From Chiloscyllium plagiosum (taxonomy: Eukaryota): a stretch of 54,700 nt of DNA. The notes under the pieces were generated by a model. It did no database searches. It was not told the origin of the DNA and saw nothing but the letters and a program-made list of their open reading frames with translations. The position numbers were made by a program, and so were the translations under genes. This document shows, in pieces, positions 50,003-54,700 of this stretch (positions within the stretch are counted from its first letter, which is position 1; each line of letters opens with the position of its first letter). The DNA lies in the NCBI RefSeq assembly GCF_004010195.1, contig NC_057754.1, forward strand, positions 12,045,575-12,100,274, in the 5' to 3' direction.

Positions 50003-51145
50003 AGGAATAAGAGAATGATCAAAGAAAGAGTAGGGCCGATCAGGGATAGCATAGGGGACTTGTGTATGGAGTCTGAGGAGGTAGGGGAAGCCCTAATTGA
50101 GTTTTTTGTTTCTGTCTTTACTAAAGAAAATGACGTTGCAGTTAATGAAAACGTTGAGAAACTGGTAAGCGTTCTGGAACAGATAGATATTGAGGAAGCT
50201 GATATGTTGAAAATTTTGACAAACATTAATATTGACAAGTTGCCAGGGCCAGAACAGATTTGTCCTCGGCTTCTTTGGGAGGCAAGAAATGTGATTGCTT
50301 CGCTGCTTGCGAAGATCTTTGCATCCTCGCTCTCCACCGGAGTCGTACCTGAGGATTGGATGGAGGCAAATGTAATTCTTCTCTTCAAGAAAGGAAATAG
50401 GGAAATCTCTGGCAATTGCAGACCAGTCAGTCTCACGTCTGTCGTCTGCAAGTTGTTAGAAAGGATTCTGAGGGACAGGGGTTATGACCATCTGGAAGAG
50501 CATGGCTTGATTAAAGGCACGGCTTTGTGAGGGGCAGATCATGCCTCACAAACCTTATTGAGTTCTTTGAGGATGTTACTAGACATGCTGATGAGGGTGG
50601 AGGGGTGGATGTGGTGTATGTGGACTTCGGTAAGGCATTTGATAAGGTTCCCCATGGTAGGCTCGTTCAGAAGGTCAGGAGGAATGGGATACAGGAAAAT
50701 TTAGCTGTCTGGATACAGAATTGGCTGGTCGACAGAAGACTGCGAGTGGTAGTGGAAGGAAAGTATTCTGCCTGGAAGTCAGTGGTGAGTGGTGTTCCAC
50801 AGGGCTCTGTCTTGGCCCTCTACTCTTTGTAATTTTTATTAATGACTTGGATGAGGAGATTGAAGGATTGGTTAGCAAGTTTGCAGACGACACAAAGGTT
50901 GGAGGTGTCGTTGACAGTATAGAGGACTGTTGTAGGCTGCAGCGGGACATTGACAGGATGCAGAGATGGACTGAGAGGTTGCAGATGCAGTTCAACCTGG
51001 ATAAATGCGAAATTATGCATTTTGGAAGATCGAACTTGAAAGTTGAGTACAGGATTAAAGACAGGATTCATGGCAGTGTGGAGGAACAGCGGGATCTTTG
51101 TATGCAGGTACATAGATCCCTTAAAATTGCCACCCAGCTGGACAG
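50003..51145 (+). mobile_element. CR1 LINE ORF2 (tether-RT) fragment
   Basis: VPEDWMEANVILLFKKG, DFGKAFDKVPH, SGVPQGSVL, SKFADDTK. Confidence 0.92.
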
Positions 51146-51164
51146 TCTCTATGACTAATGGAAA

Positions 51165-51830
51165 TGTCTTCTAAACACTAACTGTATCACTCTGTACATA
51201 ATCAATCAGTTTCTATCAGACGCCCAACACCTCCTCCCATTCTTCTAAATTCCATCGAGTACAGACACAGAGCCCTCAACTGCTGCTCATATGACAAGCC
51301 GTCATCCCCGAATGCGTAACCTCCAACAACAGCAGTTCATTCCTTAAAACAGCTCCCACTATTCCAAATGCCGTCTGACCAGACCCTTATACATTCTCAG
51401 CAGTATGACACCGCTTTTGCATTCTTGCTCTCTTGAAATGAATGCTGTCATTGCATTTAGTTTTCTAACTGGCAATTGCACCTACACATTAAACATAAGA
51501 GAGGACGAGTACTCCAAACTCCTTTTGTGCTTCAGATTTCATGAAGCTTTTTAGAACATAGTGTCTGTCTTTATTCCGCCTATCAACGTGCTTCTCACAC
51601 GTTCCCATGTTGTGTTCCATCAGCCATGCATTTTCCCAGAGTCCTAAACTGTCCAGGTCTTTCTGCAGCCTTCCCACTTCTTCAATATGACCTGCCCATC
51701 CAATCATCGCTGTGTCATCTGTAAACATAACAAAACTTCCCTCAGGTATTTCGTTCAGGTGGTTAATGTATAAGGTACTTCCTGACTCCCTCAGGTCTGC
51801 CCACCATTGAAAAGGCGAAAAACGTAAGGT
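51165..51830 (-). mobile_element. Old CR1 RT fragment
   Basis: LYINHLNE..MFTDDT..RLQKDLDSL..W. Confidence 0.65.
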
Positions 51831-52485
51831 TCTTGACGCCATTCAAGTTAAAGCAGTGGCTTGACTGGAATTACATCTGTAAATTCTTCACTCCCTGCAC
51901 CATTAACACTCAGTAGGAGTACACCCTGCCCTTTTGTTTGTGAATGTACCCCGTTATGGTGACACAAAACCTTATGGAGCATTATCCCAGTCTACTGATG
52001 GCACTATATCTCAACATTAATTGTGTGATGCTAACAGCAACCAATGTGATTGTGGGAGGAAATGTCTATGATGAATGACTGTGTGTCTGCCAAGCTGAAA
52101 CCTGCCCCGACCGCCTTGGATGTACCTGTGTCCGCTGTCACCGCTGCAGGCATAATCAGTCTTCCTGGGAGTCAAGTCAAGGAAAGTGACGGACCTGGAC
52201 TGTGTTCCTGGCTGAGCACTCAGTCCTGCGAGGACCAACAGGCAGAGATATTCACAAACATCTTCAGCCTCTCCCTCCTACAAGCCAAAGTCCCAACCTG
52301 CTACAAGGAGGCCACCATCATCCTTGTAAGTGAGAAAGCACATGTAACGGGCCATAATGACTACCGCCCAGTGGCTCTGACATCAATAATCATGAAGTGC
52401 TTCGAGACGCTGTTTAAGGCCCACACCCACTTCAGTCTCCCAGCCTGACCTACTGCCCTATAATTTGCCAATTGATGTAACCCCA

Positions 52486-52659
52486 AGATAAGCTAGCTTA
52501 TCTCTCCACGCTTCAGGCTCTCTGCCTTTATTCCTGATTAAGGGCTTTTGACCGAAACGTCGATTTTGCCTGTCCTCGGATGCTGCCTGAATTGCTGTGC
52601 TCTTCCAGCACCACTGATCCAGAATCTGGTTTCCAGCATCTGCAGTCATTGTTTTTACC
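52486..52659 (+). mobile_element. PLE family A pLTR with mutated hammerhead inserted in Rex1-like LINE
   Basis: ttcCTGATTAagggcttttgaccGAAACGTCgatt (G8>U, stem II mismatch), followed by the cggatgctgcctga..ttccagcaccact tail. Confidence 0.8.
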
Positions 52660-52863
52660 ACATAAACCAGATGTCTCCTCATCGACTACAGCTCCACGTT
52701 CAACACCACAATTCCATCCAGACTGATACCAAAAATCTGTGATCTTGGGCTCGGCTCTATTCTCTGCGAATTCATCCTCAGCTTTCTGACTCACAGACCG
52801 CAATCAGTGAAGGTTAGTAACTGAACCTCCTCCACAATAACAGTCAGCACTGGAATTCCTGAA

Positions 52864-53165
52864 GGATGTGCCCTCAATCCCGCTACTGTACTCCGTGTAA
52901 ACCCATGGCTGTGTCCTCAGCTCCCTACAGCACTCCCTGTACACCCATGGCTGTGTCCTCAACCCCCTACTAGACTCCCTGTATACCCACGGCTGTGTCC
53001 TCATCCCCCTACTGTACCTCCTGTACACGCACGACTGTGTCCTCATCCCCCTACTGTACTCCCTGTACACCCACGACCGTGTCCTCAGTTCCCTAATGTA
53101 CTCCCTGTACAACCACTGCTGTACCCCGAGCCTCCACTATACCTCCTGGACACACGCGGCTGTTG
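52864..53165 (+). repeat. 42-bp tandem amplification (7 units) of the Rex1 RT segment GCVLSPLLYSLYTH
   Basis: Unit starts at 52864, 52907, 52949, 52991, 53033, 53075 and 53117. Confidence 0.9.
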
Positions 53166-53494
53166 CCAAATTAGAAAAAAGCCATCTCCACGTTTGCTGA
53201 AGATACCACCAACGCAGGAAGGTTATCACACAACGCCAAGTCAGAATACAGAAAGGAGATCGAGGGCTTGGTACCATGGTGGAATGATTATAACCTCTGT
53301 TCAAATTAGGCAGAAATAAAGAACTGATGATTGACTTCCGAAAGAAACGTGGGAACATGCTGCCATGTACGTCAATGGTTGAGAGAGTGCTGAGCGTCAG
53401 GTTCCTCGGAGTGATGATAAGTGATAACATGTCCTGGACTTCTCACATAGGTCTGACAGTCAAGGAGGTTCAATAAGGTGGGGGGGGGGGGGGT

Positions 53495-54700
53495 GCATAG
53501 AATCAGGAGATGTTGAGTTAGTATGGATGGCTGTGGGAAATTCTAAGGGCAAAAAGACCCTAATGGCTGTTATCTGCAATACCCCAACCAGTAGTCCGGA
53601 TGTAGGGTGTAAAGTGAATAAGGAGTTGAACTTGGTCTTTCGCAAAGGTTTTGCTACAGTTGTTATGGGGAATGCAACATGCACATAGACTGGGAGAATC
53701 AACACAGTACAGGACCCCAAGAAAGGGAGTGTGTGGAGTGCCTCTGAGATGGATTCTTGGAACAGCATGTAATGGAGCCTCTCATTGAGAAGGCAATTCT
53801 GAATCTGGCGTTATGCAATGAACCGGGTCTGATCAGGGAAATCGAAGTAAATGAGCCAGTAGGAGGTAGTGACCATACTATGATACGTTTTAAGCTGCAA
53901 TTTGAGAGGAAGAAGGGAGTGTCAGTATTGCAATTGAACAAAGGGAACTATGGAGCTATGAGGGAGGAGATGACCAAAGTTCAATGGTTCAATACACTAG
54001 CAGGGATGGCAGTGGAATAACAATGTCAGGTAGTTCTTGATATAATGCAGAAGGTGCAGGATATATTCATTCCATAGAGGAAGAAATATCCTAAGGGGGG
54101 GCAGGGGTGGCCGTGGCTGACGAGGGAAGTTAAGGATTGTATTAAGATAAACGAGAAATATAACATAGCAAATATGATGCGGAAGCCGGAGGACTGGGAA
54201 ACATTGAAAGTGCAACAAAGGATAAGTAAAAAGGCAAAACGTGGAGAAAAAAAATCGGTACAAAGACAAGAGCAACAAAGGATAAGTAAAAAGGCAATAC
54301 GTGGAGAAAAAAATTCGGTACAAAGACAAACTGGCCAAAAATATACAGGTGCATAGGCATGTGAAAAGGAAAGAAATAACTGCTTAAGACTAAAATTGGA
54401 CCCTTGAAGACCGAAACGGGCGAATTTATTATGGGGAACAAGGAAATGGCAGAAGAGTTGAATAGGTCTTTTGGATCTGCCTTCACTGGGGCAGACACAA
54501 GCTATCTCCCAGATATAATAGTGACTGAAGGACCGAAGGTAATGGATGTTTGAAGGGAATTTATATTAGGCAGGAAATGTTGTTGGATAGACTGTTAGGT
54601 TTGAAGGTTGGTAAGTCCCCGGGACCTGATGGTCTGCCTCCAAGGGTACTTAGTAAGGTGGCCCTAGAAATCGTGGATGCATTGGTAATCATTTTCCAAT
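53495..54700 (+). mobile_element. CR1 LINE ORF2 (EN to tether), truncated by window end
   Basis: LEQHVMEP..ILNLALCNEPGLI..GGSDHTMIRF; KSPGPDGL; 60-bp tandem duplication at about 54208-54329. Confidence 0.88.

Larger units (their letters stand above)
52060..53465 (+). mobile_element. Rex1/Babar-like LINE RT fragment
   Basis: IFTNIFSLSLLQAKVPTCYK..NDYRPVALTSIIMKCFE, LIDYSSTFNT, GCVL.PLLYSLYTHDC, KELMIDFRK. Confidence 0.82.

Noticed and set aside
52531..52565. Hammerhead motifs at 52534, about 5191-5215, about 35401-35428 and about 37380 as active ribozymes
   Set aside because: Core or stem II mutations or deletions (G8>U, broken stem II, GAAA>CAAA, central deletion).

Overview
This is eukaryotic, repeat-saturated genomic DNA, almost certainly from a cartilaginous fish (inferred from HE1-type V-SINEs, HER1/CR1 LINEs and a GPR139-like receptor of the elasmobranch-expanded type). 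The only credible host coding sequence is an intact GPR139-like class A GPCR exon (39948-40855, +), and I could not find its first exon. The rest is mainly nested retroelement debris: many CR1 LINEs (one near full-length with a zinc-finger/esterase ORF1), two decayed Gmr1-like Ty3/Gypsy elements with integrase upstream of RT, a Rex1-like LINE, two HE1 SINEs, and Penelope-like elements (PLEs) from at least three families. Five tandem arrays (26, 38, two of about 42, and 43 bp), a composite segmental duplication and two assembly gaps are also present. The most interesting signals are: (1) minimal hammerhead ribozymes in PLE-derived sequence, two with intact cores, one inside a 122-bp non-coding insert with a perfect 11-bp target-site duplication; (2) TSD-flanked fold-back PLE miniatures; (3) satellites seeded from LINE sequence; (4) a duplication carrying an apparently templated insertion. 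All calls are by eye, and TE boundaries are approximate unless a TSD or tail is quoted.
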